IMG/VR virus record: IMGVR_UViG_3300029981_000015 | Location: 1-56,878 of that record | Length of the DNA stretch: 56,878 bases | Direction: 5' to 3' (one strand) | Source: a virus | Lineage: Duplodnaviria > Caudoviricetes | Program-made: the position numbers and the translations under genes | Shown here: positions 1-8,780 of the stretch, piece after piece | How the letters are laid out: the number at the start of each line of letters is the position of its first letter | How positions within the stretch are numbered: the stretch's first letter is position 1 | Notes under the pieces: model-generated | Told to the model about the DNA's origin: nothing | Database searches by the model: none | What the model saw: the letters and a program-made list of their open reading frames with translations, nothing else

Positions 1-19
1 GAAGAGAAATTCATTTTTT

Positions 20-496
20 ATGAATATAAAAGAAAAAGAAAAAATGAGACCAATTGAAAGAATAGATGATTTTTTAAAGAAAGTCGATTGGAATGACCTG
101 TTATACAACAGATGGAAATTGGATAAAGAAATTTATTACGATAAAAAAATTGCATATGCAATCAAACCAACTGTTCCGGAATATTGGAAAGAAAATCCAG
201 ACCAACGAATAGGTCAAGTACTTATAAACATGCAATTAGTGCCAAATGATATTATGATATGGCACGCAGAAGAACCAGACATTTTAATGTCACAAGGAAT
301 TGCACTAGAAGAATGTTTATATTGGACTTCAATGTACAACAAAGATGAAAAAGTATTAGACGAGCCGATAACAAGAAAGGTTAGCAGTTTGACTAAAGAA
401 CATATCATAAGGATAGTTGAGTTCATGAAAGAACACAACGGGAAATTATCTCCAGAAATGGAGCAGGCTTTCACAAATGTTTTAATGAAAGAATAA
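20..496 (+). CDS. Phage protein with N-terminal YihD/DUF1040-like motif (start may be ATG 44)
   Basis: 158-aa ORF. MRPIERID...WKENPDQRIGQVLIN resembles the phage 'MRDxxRI...W..xPDxRxGQ' family. Confidence 0.55.
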   Translation: MNIKEKEKMRPIERIDDFLKKVDWNDLLYNRWKLDKEIYYDKKIAYAIKPTVPEYWKENPDQRIGQVLINMQLVPNDIMIWHAEEPDILMSQGIALEECLYWTSMYNKDEKVLDEPITRKVSSLTKEHIIRIVEFMKEHNGKLSPEMEQAFTNVLMKE

Positions 497-548
497 CAGA
501 ATATCTCAAACTTTATCACACCACATTTAACTTAAAAAGTAAATAACG

Positions 549-1115
549 ATGCTGATAGAACTAGATTTAGAAGAGGCAAAGCGCCTTGGAATTACAGTAA
601 ATCAGATTATATTAATCAGCTTATTAATGAGTAAAACTCCTATCAGACCCCTTTTGGATGTAATCCCATTAGATGAAGATGATATTAATAATCTGATAGA
701 CAAGGATATACTAACGAAAGAATCAACCTTTGACGAAAAGGATTTTTCAAAACTAATTATTACTGAAAACTTTAAGACTAAAATTAAAGTAAAAGACTAT
801 TTTACTGAATTCTTTGAAACATACCCGGCATCCGTGTTGAGAAATGATGGATTAAAAGATTATCTACGAGGAGATATATCTCGTTGCAGAAAATATTACG
901 ATAAAATAGTGGGAAACAGTAAAACAAAACATGACCATTTAATGGATTGCCTTAAATTCGAAATCGAAACTCGAAAGAGAGGGAATTCATTGGGATATAT
1001 GAAGAGAATGGCAAAATGGCTATTGTCTGAAGAATGGTTATTATATGATGAATTTATGAAAGATAAAAAGATTAAAAAACATGCGGGAGAAGTTTATGGT
1101 ACAGCAATCGAGTAG
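549..1115 (+). CDS. Putative replication initiator / helicase loader
   Basis: 188 aa with FTEFFETYP and MAKWLLSEEW motifs typical of phage replisome-organiser C-terminal domains. Overlaps the start of the helicase gene. Confidence 0.5.
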   Translation: MLIELDLEEAKRLGITVNQIILISLLMSKTPIRPLLDVIPLDEDDINNLIDKDILTKESTFDEKDFSKLIITENFKTKIKVKDYFTEFFETYPASVLRNDGLKDYLRGDISRCRKYYDKIVGNSKTKHDHLMDCLKFEIETRKRGNSLGYMKRMAKWLLSEEWLLYDEFMKDKKIKKHAGEVYGTAIE

Positions 1116-2082
1116 TAAAGTACTAGGATACAGACATATATCAACTGCAACAAATGAAATAGTTGGTTACATCCAGGACAGAAGAACTAAGAAGGTAAAC
1201 TCCTTAGCAACAAGATGGCCTAAATTCAACCGCCTAGCAATGGGCGGAATTGAACCAAATGCAATATATGCCATAGCTGGCGTATCTGGATCTGGAAAGT
1301 CATCATTTGTCAATACATTAGAAACTGATCTTATTGATTTAAATCCACACGAAAATATAGTTATACTATCATTCTCGTTCGAAATGCTATCAAGCAGGCA
1401 AGTAGGTAGGAAACTATCGTACAAGCTAAAGAAAACTACATCAGAGTTATATAGCGCCTCAGAAAAAGGCTTAATAACGGACGAAGAGTATGAGGGAATA
1501 CAGAAAGAGGCAAAAACAATAATGAGTTATCCAATTTATTATGTAGATTCGCCAGGAAATGTAGCAGAAATAGCAACAACGATAAAATTCTTTCAAGATA
1601 CTCTTGCTAAAGGGAAATGGCTAGTAGTCATTATAGATCACACCTTGTTAATTAGAGGAAGTGGTACTGGCGGAGAAAGAGAAATTATTGTGGATTTAGA
1701 AAAAGAATTAATAGGGGCTAAAAAAGTTGGAAAAACCTCTATCATACAAATATCGCAAATGAATAGAAATATTGAATCACCAGAAAGGTTAAACAATAGT
1801 TCATTGCATTACCCTCAGCGCAGCGACTTATCATCAAGCGACGCTGTTTTTCAAGGTTCGGATTATGTTATAGTTATACACAGACCTGAAGTCCTAGGAT
1901 TATTATCCTATGGTTACAACAATCTTCCCGTAAAAGATTGTGTATACTTACATTTTTTAAAAAATAGAGAAGGAGATCTCAAGATATTGAAATTTATCAA
2001 CGACTTGAAATACAACAATCTAAAAGAACCGGAAGAAGAAGAAACTGAAAGGCCCCAACAACAGTTAGAAATAAAAATTTAA
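1096..2082 (+). CDS. dnaB: DnaB-like (SF4) replicative helicase, motor domain only
   Basis: Walker A GVSGSGKS, FSFEM, Walker B VIIDH, ISQMNR, SDLSSSDAVFQGSD and KNREG motifs. The ORF is open from 1081; ATG 1096 is the likely start. Confidence 0.9.
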   Translation: MVQQSSSKVLGYRHISTATNEIVGYIQDRRTKKVNSLATRWPKFNRLAMGGIEPNAIYAIAGVSGSGKSSFVNTLETDLIDLNPHENIVILSFSFEMLSSRQVGRKLSYKLKKTTSELYSASEKGLITDEEYEGIQKEAKTIMSYPIYYVDSPGNVAEIATTIKFFQDTLAKGKWLVVIIDHTLLIRGSGTGGEREIIVDLEKELIGAKKVGKTSIIQISQMNRNIESPERLNNSSLHYPQRSDLSSSDAVFQGSDYVIVIHRPEVLGLLSYGYNNLPVKDCVYLHFLKNREGDLKILKFINDLKYNNLKEPEEEETERPQQQLEIKI

Positions 2083-2093
2083 AAAGAAACAAG

Positions 2094-2645
2094 ATGAATA
2101 ATCGATATAATTTTACAGTAACATTACCAACAAACAAGCAAGACAAATTCGGTTTGAAAAAAACAGCATTTGTAGAAACAGTAATTGCAGCTTGCCCATG
2201 GTTAACAGTAGCCGGAATTGATACACCATTTAAAAATATTCTTGGAAGAGATATTAAAGGTGTTGATTACGCTCCAGCAGGAAGCCATTTGACTTTTGGT
2301 ACTAGTAAAACACACGATGTAAATTGGATTGAAGATTTAGACTATTTGAAAGATGGTCACAACATGCCAAATTACGATTTAATGACAGAAACTTCAGGCG
2401 CACTAAAACACCTGGCTTTATTTGCCCAAAATCACAAACCGGCCAAAAAGGAATTTGATATTTACTCGTCACATTCAAGCTGCCCACTTTGTGGAAATAT
2501 CACCGATGTAGAAGAATTTGCTTCTTGTACAAAAGTTGGTTACACAATCGTCCCAAAGGCAATTAAATACCCAACATTCTATAGTATTAGAAAGCCTCAG
2601 TACGTAACTGAATATACTATTACTATCGAAAACATATTTGCATAA
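2094..2645 (+). CDS. Hypothetical protein (CPLC motif near C-terminus)
   Basis: 183-aa ORF with an A-rich leader, in operon context between the helicase and the ATPase. Confidence 0.7.
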   Translation: MNNRYNFTVTLPTNKQDKFGLKKTAFVETVIAACPWLTVAGIDTPFKNILGRDIKGVDYAPAGSHLTFGTSKTHDVNWIEDLDYLKDGHNMPNYDLMTETSGALKHLALFAQNHKPAKKEFDIYSSHSSCPLCGNITDVEEFASCTKVGYTIVPKAIKYPTFYSIRKPQYVTEYTITIENIFA

Positions 2646-2739
2646 CCCAAACATGCAGATGGAAAAACAAATACTTATCAAAACATATCAATTCTATCAA
2701 ATAAAAAACCATCTGTTACTTTAACAAAGAAACAGTAAA

Positions 2740-3486
2740 ATGGTTATACTACCAACAATAAAGAACATACCAAAAATATTAAATCCAAGATTCTTAGTCT
2801 TGTTTGGAAAGCCAAAAACTGGAAAAACAACATTATTGTCCACTTTAGAAAACTGCTTAATCGTAGATTTAGAAGGTGGATCTGAATTTTTAGAAGCAAT
2901 GGCCGTTCAAGCCAGAAGTGTAGCAGATCTTGGAGAAATAGCCACAGCAATAAAAGCAAAAATTGCAGAAACAGGGACAAAACCATATAATTACATTGCA
3001 ATAGATAATGCTACAAGATTAGAGGACATGTGTTTACCATATGCCGCTAGTCTATATAGACAAAACCCAATAGCAAAAAACTGGACTGGAACTGATGTGA
3101 GAACATTGGATAAAGGAGCAGGATATTTGTACTTAAGAGAAGCTGTGAAAACAGTAATAGACAACTTTAGAAGCCTAACAGACCATTTTATTCTGATAGG
3201 GCATACAAAAGATAGTCTAATAACTAAAGAGGGGCAAGAATTATCTGAGATGCAAATAGATTTGGTTGGAAAGCTTGGAGATATAGTTTGCGGAGAAGCA
3301 GACGCAGTGGGGTATGTATATAGAAAAACAAATGAGACTATAATTTCATTTGAAGGAGGAGTAAATTCAGTTAGAGAAGCAAGAGCACCGCACCTAAGAG
3401 GAAAGAAAATAGTAATAGCAGATTCTGACAAGGATAATGTTATTACAACCTATTGGGATAAAGTATATTTGCCAACTAATGATTAA
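2740..3486 (+). CDS. Sak4-like / AAA_24 P-loop ATPase (ssDNA-annealing recombinase family)
   Basis: Walker A GKPKTGKT, DLEGGS, IAIDNAT, LIGH and ADAVGY motifs. Adjacent to an SSB-like gene. Confidence 0.8.
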   Translation: MVILPTIKNIPKILNPRFLVLFGKPKTGKTTLLSTLENCLIVDLEGGSEFLEAMAVQARSVADLGEIATAIKAKIAETGTKPYNYIAIDNATRLEDMCLPYAASLYRQNPIAKNWTGTDVRTLDKGAGYLYLREAVKTVIDNFRSLTDHFILIGHTKDSLITKEGQELSEMQIDLVGKLGDIVCGEADAVGYVYRKTNETIISFEGGVNSVREARAPHLRGKKIVIADSDKDNVITTYWDKVYLPTND

Positions 3487-3501
3487 TAGAAAGATACAAT
3501 T

Positions 3502-4107
3502 ATGATATTCAGTACACAGAACGCTTATAACGTTGAGAAAAAAGACATTGCCTTCTTGGAAGGAGGTATTCACGAAAATGTAAGTTTTGTTAACGTAAGA
3601 AAAGAACGCTCAACAGGGGGTAATTTATTCCTTGAGTTCGAATTTGTAAAAAACGGAGCAAAGTTAACCCATACAGAATGGGAACCAAATAAAAGAACAG
3701 AAGACACAGATGATGAGTTTGCCACAAAAGCAAACAACCAAGTTGCAAGAATATTGCAAATTATGGGTGCTTTCTACGAAAAAGAAACATTACAAAATTA
3801 TACTTTTAGTGAATTCGACGAATTGTATTCATGGGTTAAATCCCTGATGGATGCAGTAGACAAAGCCAAATTACTAAGAGTAAAAGTTATTTACGGAGCA
3901 ACAGGGTACACATCATTACCCAAATATGCCAAATACACATTTATTGAAAGCATGGATATTCCGGCTGATAAATCGAAAATCAAACCTTTGAATATTGATG
4001 TATTTACACGACCAGAAATAGGAGACAAAGAGGTCCCAACAGACTCTGCCACAACAACATTCGGAACTCCAGTAGTAGCTGCAAAAGCATCTACGTTGCC
4101 TTTCTAA
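3502..4107 (+). CDS. Putative single-stranded DNA-binding protein
   Basis: 201 aa with a beta-rich N-terminus and a low-complexity tail ending LPF, as in SSBs. Lies between the Sak4-like ATPase and primase. Confidence 0.65.
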   Translation: MIFSTQNAYNVEKKDIAFLEGGIHENVSFVNVRKERSTGGNLFLEFEFVKNGAKLTHTEWEPNKRTEDTDDEFATKANNQVARILQIMGAFYEKETLQNYTFSEFDELYSWVKSLMDAVDKAKLLRVKVIYGATGYTSLPKYAKYTFIESMDIPADKSKIKPLNIDVFTRPEIGDKEVPTDSATTTFGTPVVAAKASTLPF

Positions 4108-4124
4108 GTCGTAATGCAAATTAT

Positions 4125-5102
4125 ATGTATAGTACAAATACTGTCCTAGATAGAGTCGCAAAACCAAAATTAACCATGGAAAGTATACTAGAAAAAGTAA
4201 CAGAATATGATATTTTTTCAAAATATATTGGTGATTTTAAAATAGGCTACATTTACAATAGTCCACTAAGAGAAGACAAGAATCCCTCATTTGGAGTTTT
4301 TGTGAGTAGAAAAACGGGAGATCTATTGTACAAAGACCTAGCAAGCGATGATTGTGGAAACGTATTTAAATTTGTTAAACAACTTAAAAAGCTGCAAACG
4401 TACGAAGAGACTTTGAAGACAATTTCAGATGACATGAATATAGGCAACTTAAAAGTAATGTTATCATCAGAAAACAAACGAAGATTAATTAAGGACACAA
4501 TTATAAACGTAGTCAGAAAGCCACTAAATCTTACTGACATTAAATTTTGGAATAGCTTTGGAATATCTAAAGAAACTCTTAGGATATACAAAGTTAGTGC
4601 AATTTCTAAGTTTGTGATAAATGGGATAGTAAAAGGAGTATACAAGACAGAAAGCCCTTTGTATTGTTACAAAGTGTTTAATAAATTTAAAATATATAAT
4701 CCTCTTGGGCCTAAAACGATTAAATGGAGAGGGAATTTAAACGCCCTGGACATACAGGGGTTTGAGCAGCTACCAGAAAATGGAGAATTGCTCATAATAA
4801 CTAAATCGTTAAAGGATGTTATGGTATTAAGTGAAATGGGATATGACGCAGTAGCTCCTTCGAGTGAGAGCATTACAATCCCAGAAATCGTAATGAATAA
4901 CCTAAAAAAGAGGTTCAAAAGAATACTTATTTTTTATGACAGAGACAAAGCCGGTGTGGAATATGCAAGGAAAATATCCAAAACATATAATATAAATGCA
5001 ATCTTTATAAACAAAAAATATAAAACAAAAGACGTTAGCGATTTAGTTAAAGGACTGGGATATGCAAAAGCATTACAGATCTTTGACTCAATGGTTAATT
5101 AA
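4125..5102 (+). CDS. dnaG: DNA primase (DnaG-like TOPRIM)
   Basis: Degenerate zinc-binding region SPLREDKNPSF. TOPRIM motifs IITKSLKDVM, FYDRDKAG and KDVSD. Confidence 0.85.
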   Translation: MYSTNTVLDRVAKPKLTMESILEKVTEYDIFSKYIGDFKIGYIYNSPLREDKNPSFGVFVSRKTGDLLYKDLASDDCGNVFKFVKQLKKLQTYEETLKTISDDMNIGNLKVMLSSENKRRLIKDTIINVVRKPLNLTDIKFWNSFGISKETLRIYKVSAISKFVINGIVKGVYKTESPLYCYKVFNKFKIYNPLGPKTIKWRGNLNALDIQGFEQLPENGELLIITKSLKDVMVLSEMGYDAVAPSSESITIPEIVMNNLKKRFKRILIFYDRDKAGVEYARKISKTYNINAIFINKKYKTKDVSDLVKGLGYAKALQIFDSMVN

Positions 5103-5106
5103 AGGA

Positions 5107-5230
5107 TGCCTAGGAAGTTCAGCAGGCAGAACAAACTTAATAATAAGAGGGAAACATATTCTCACTACAGTGAAGTCAGTCAACGATTCATTATTAGGTT
5201 GTGACATGGGTTCGATTCCCACCTAGGCAA
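5107..5230 (+). ncRNA. tRNA-like RNA with the anticodon loop replaced by an extended stem and a 45-nt insert
   Basis: Acceptor TGCCTAGG(5107-14)/CCTAGGCA(5222-29). D-arm GTTC-AGCAGGCA-GAAC. Stem AACTTAATAAT(5134-44)/ATTATTAGGTT(5190-5200). T-arm TGGG-TTCGATT-CCCA. Confidence 0.75.
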
Positions 5231-5321
5231 CAAATTGAACATAAGTTCAAATAGCTATCACTATTATTAACGTCATTAGCAGAAGGAGTTACCCTGTTAA
5301 TCAAAAACAAAACATATCAAA

Positions 5322-6542
5322 ATGAATATAAAAACAAACAGTGAAAATTATCTGATTAGTCCAATGGAGACTGAAAAACATTTCGGAATCAAGACGAGTA
5401 AATTTATCGTAATCGATAAAGAAACATTTGATTTCGTTATTCAGAACGACAGCGCATATATATCAGAAGGAGCCTGGATTGACGAAGAAATTGACGGACG
5501 AAAATTCCGTAAAGTGAAGAAAAGCATAATTGCTGAGTTTGGAGATATTTTATTAGAGGAATATAAAAACTCTGATAAGATTTACGAAATTATCAGCAAG
5601 AAATTTATTAACATGTCAGGACCTTCTCAGGTTATCAAAAATGCATTGGCAAATAATATGAATCTCATATTATACGGTAAAGGCGGATTTGGTAAATCAG
5701 AAGTTTGTGACGAATTATTTTCTTGTGCAGAATTAAAAGATCGTGTATTTATTAAATCACTTTCAGAAGCTACAACAGTAGAAGATTTATTCGGTGGCAT
5801 AAATATTAAAAAGATGACCGATACCGGCTCAATCGAATACAATTGCGAAAATTCGTTCGCAAATAAAGAAATCGTGATCTTTGAAGAAATCTTTGATGCA
5901 AATCCGCAAGTGTTGGCCGCACTAAAGGATACTTTGACATCTAAAGAGATCAGAAATGGCAATCAGCGTTTCCCGATTAAGACAAAAATAATTATCGGAT
6001 TGACAAACAAGACGTATGAAGAAGTAATTGAAGATGACTCAACAGAGGCATTAACTCAAAGATTTGCAGTATCTTATCCATTCCAATACAAAATTGACAA
6101 ACTGAATTCAGCAAGTTTGATTTTGAATCGCTACCCGGACTTTGGAGAAGATAAATTAGCTGCAATGGTTGATACAATTGCAGAAATGAAAGATCTTTCA
6201 CCAAGAAAGATTCTTGAGATGTCAAAATACATCAAAAACCTGGAAGTAATCAAGACGAAGACTTATTCAGAAAAGATTACAAACAATTTGATGACTCCAG
6301 TTATCAATTACCTAAAAACAAAGACGGGAATAAATGTATACAGATCATTATTTAACGAAATCGTAGCTACGAAAAAGTCAATACGAGACGAACAAATTAA
6401 TGATTACGATTCATTTATTGACACTCAAAGAAATTTAGAGATTATCAAATTGGTAACATCTAAATCAAAAGATTCTTTCGCAAGCAATGCTTCAAAAGAA
6501 TCCGAGGAATTATTAATCATGCTAGAAAAGAAGTTGTCATGA
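5322..6542 (+). CDS. MoxR/RavA-like AAA+ ATPase
   Basis: Walker A GKGGFGKS, TTVEDLFGG, Walker B-like IFEEIFDA, sensor GLTN and ALTQRF arginine finger. ATGA overlap with the VWA gene. Confidence 0.8.
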   Translation: MNIKTNSENYLISPMETEKHFGIKTSKFIVIDKETFDFVIQNDSAYISEGAWIDEEIDGRKFRKVKKSIIAEFGDILLEEYKNSDKIYEIISKKFINMSGPSQVIKNALANNMNLILYGKGGFGKSEVCDELFSCAELKDRVFIKSLSEATTVEDLFGGINIKKMTDTGSIEYNCENSFANKEIVIFEEIFDANPQVLAALKDTLTSKEIRNGNQRFPIKTKIIIGLTNKTYEEVIEDDSTEALTQRFAVSYPFQYKIDKLNSASLILNRYPDFGEDKLAAMVDTIAEMKDLSPRKILEMSKYIKNLEVIKTKTYSEKITNNLMTPVINYLKTKTGINVYRSLFNEIVATKKSIRDEQINDYDSFIDTQRNLEIIKLVTSKSKDSFASNASKESEELLIMLEKKLS

Positions 6543-7735
6543 TAGCCGGAAACAACGCGCATGCGTTCTATCAAGATGTAAAATATAATATGGATTATGA
6601 AGATCTGTATAAGCTAGCATCAGTTAAAAAGATACTAGCTTCAGAAGAAGAAAGAACATATAAAAAAGCCATTGACGAAGAGACGCGTGGACCAGTGAGT
6701 GCAAAGGAGTATTACGAAGCAAAAGCTATAAACGCTGAATTTGAATCAGTAATGCTCCCAAGCGTATATAATAAACTGAACGGATACGAAACTCAATCAG
6801 CATTCGAAGACGAAGAAAATGAAAAAGACAAGGATATCCTCAAGAAAATAGCACTGCAATCAGACATTATGGCTGAATCGGGGAAATATGAGGAGGGATC
6901 AATCTTAAAGAAAACCATTAATGCAATATACAATCAGTATAAAGACATAATGGAATATAAACCGTCAGAAAAAGAGATTGAGAAAGAGAAAGAAAAAATA
7001 AGTGAGAGTACTTGTGCAGACGAGAATTCAAACAAACATGAAGATCAAGAAGATAAAAATCCATTGAAAAATATGGATGGATATAAAGAACTTGAGGCCT
7101 GGTTAAAGAAATTAAAAGGTACTACAAATTCTAAAAAGAAGAAACATAGACAAATGTCGAAAATTTCTGACTTACAGAAGGTATCTGTTGTGGAATTCAT
7201 TAAACCAAAAGCTTTGTTTATGAAAAAAATAGTAGGCAAAGAATTGTATTTGAAACAGACAGTTGAAAGTGAAAGATTTATGCATACCATTATTGATAGA
7301 TCAGGAAGTATGGGTGGTTACCACAATTGGCGAAATGCCTTAGTGGAAAAAACATATGATGATTGCGTAAAAATGGGGATAAGCGTAGAAAATAGCTTTT
7401 GGAATACGCATCTGTATTCAAAAGGAGAATTCGCTCCACAACGAATAAGAAACAAAACAGATTTAGCTGAAAAGGTATTCGCAATTACCGAAGGCGGTGA
7501 CGACAATATGGGTCGTTGCACGTTGGAAAAGATCAGATTGCTACCAAAACTAAAAACAAAGCAATATTTATTAGTAATCTCAGATGGTACCGGATCCATA
7601 TACGATACAGACCAGAGAATAACTATTTTTGCTGAAGCAGAATCAAAAAACATTGAAGTTAAATTCGCATTATTTTCGAAAAAAAATGACATGCAAGGGA
7701 CAAAAAAAGAAGATATTTTCTACATTTATAAGTAA
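6539..7735 (+). CDS. VWA (MIDAS) domain protein, MoxR partner
   Basis: IIDRSGSMG (DxSxS) and LVISDG motifs in the C-terminal half, preceded by an acidic/Lys-rich linker. Confidence 0.8.
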   Translation: MIAGNNAHAFYQDVKYNMDYEDLYKLASVKKILASEEERTYKKAIDEETRGPVSAKEYYEAKAINAEFESVMLPSVYNKLNGYETQSAFEDEENEKDKDILKKIALQSDIMAESGKYEEGSILKKTINAIYNQYKDIMEYKPSEKEIEKEKEKISESTCADENSNKHEDQEDKNPLKNMDGYKELEAWLKKLKGTTNSKKKKHRQMSKISDLQKVSVVEFIKPKALFMKKIVGKELYLKQTVESERFMHTIIDRSGSMGGYHNWRNALVEKTYDDCVKMGISVENSFWNTHLYSKGEFAPQRIRNKTDLAEKVFAITEGGDDNMGRCTLEKIRLLPKLKTKQYLLVISDGTGSIYDTDQRITIFAEAESKNIEVKFALFSKKNDMQGTKKEDIFYIYK

Positions 7736-7786
7736 TATTATACATATGAATGAAGATAAAAATACAGACGACGACCTATAATCGTC

Positions 7787-7865
7787 TACTCATTACAGAA
7801 CAGGAAAGGGGCATTATCTATGGATTTAGACTATGCCCCTTATCGGAGTAACACCGAGGTGAGTA
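7787..7865 (+). ncRNA. Candidate structured RNA (three-way junction)
   Basis: TACTCA/TGAGTA closing stem, AAGGGGCAT/ATGCCCCTT arm with inner TCTA/TAGA, and TCGG/CCGA arm. Intergenic and GC-richer than its flanks. Confidence 0.45.
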
Positions 7866-7890
7866 ACAACAGTAATTTTAATTAAAAATT

Positions 7891-8364
7891 ATGAAAGAAG
7901 AAACAAAAGAATTTTTAAAACACATAATAGCAATTGGTGAACCAGGCAAAATAGCAGTTTGGCACAAAAAGTACAAAGATTCAAAAGAAATATATGGATG
8001 CTTGACATTTACAAAACATAGAACAGCATTTACATTTACGCCAAGAGATGCAGATAAATCATATGGAAGAACTTGGTATATAGCATTAGGTTCTAGTGAT
8101 ACATATTCGATAGTACCAATTGAGCAAATAGAAGAGAAAATGGAATGCGACTGGAGAGAAACAATTATGGAAAAAGATATATCGTTATCAAAGTCTATGA
8201 CTTGCGTAAAAGATTTATATAGCCAAATAAGCACTGCTAAATCAATATGGAATAGCAAAATACTTGAGGAACTAGAGCAGAAAGTCGAGAGACTAAAAAA
8301 CGATGCTAACCCAATAAAGATATTAGACTACACAACATTTATTACAATTAAAACAGACTATTAA
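7891..8364 (+). CDS. Hypothetical protein
   Basis: 157-aa ORF with an AT-rich leader and the A-ending codon bias of its neighbours. Confidence 0.7.
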   Translation: MKEETKEFLKHIIAIGEPGKIAVWHKKYKDSKEIYGCLTFTKHRTAFTFTPRDADKSYGRTWYIALGSSDTYSIVPIEQIEEKMECDWRETIMEKDISLSKSMTCVKDLYSQISTAKSIWNSKILEELEQKVERLKNDANPIKILDYTTFITIKTDY

Positions 8365-8365
8365 A

Positions 8366-8686
8366 ATGGAAGCAGCAAAACCAACATTGGTGACAAAAGA
8401 GAATTTATTTAAGAAATTCTATAACATGACAGCAGATATTGCAAAGAAATTGAAAGAACCACTCGTGGAACGTTCAATTAAACGCAAATTCGAATCAGCT
8501 GCAGACTTTTGTTTAGACCAGTTAATTGAAGCGGAAAATGAATTTAACAAATTAGTTGAAAACATTGAAGATTTGGACGTTAACAAATTATTGAAGATTG
8601 AAAAGAAAAAAGAAGATGCAGCAAAAACCAAAGAAACTATCGAAAAGTTATATTTCGAATTCTTCGGTACTAAATTAGCCACATAA
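8366..8686 (+). CDS. Hypothetical small helical/coiled-coil protein
   Basis: 106-aa E/K-rich ORF, 1 nt after the preceding stop and followed by a terminator. Confidence 0.7.
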   Translation: MEAAKPTLVTKENLFKKFYNMTADIAKKLKEPLVERSIKRKFESAADFCLDQLIEAENEFNKLVENIEDLDVNKLLKIEKKKEDAAKTKETIEKLYFEFFGTKLAT

Positions 8687-8707
8687 AGATATGCTAAGGG
8701 GTTAGCA

Positions 8708-8763
8708 AAGCACGAGGGTTTGAATTCAGAAGACGATAACGTGACCCTCGTGCTTATTTTTTT
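8708..8763 (+). terminator. Intrinsic terminator with large loop
   Basis: 12-bp stem AAGCACGAGGGT/ACCCTCGTGCTT with a 24-nt loop, then ATTTTTTT. Preceded by a small TGCTAA-GGGG-TTAGCA hairpin. Confidence 0.7.
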
Positions 8764-8780
8764 ACTTAAACCAAATAGAA

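Noticed and set aside
5106-5204. 32-aa ORF MPRKFSRQNKLNNKRETYSHYSEVSQRFIIRL overlapping the tRNA-like element
   Set aside because: It lies almost entirely within a well-formed cloverleaf, so the RNA structure explains the sequence better. There is no other coding support.
5107-5230. Canonical tRNA-Leu(TAA), tmRNA or hammerhead assignment
   Set aside because: No 7-nt anticodon loop or U33. It has a D-stem, lacks G3-U70 and is far too short for tmRNA. GAAAC is present but there is no CUGANGA core.
5231-5300. tRNA-associated HDV-like (theta) ribozyme downstream of the tRNA-like element
   Set aside because: Only two simple hairpins are visible (TTGAAC/GTTCAA and TTAGCAG/CTGTTAA). I could not build the nested double pseudoknot.
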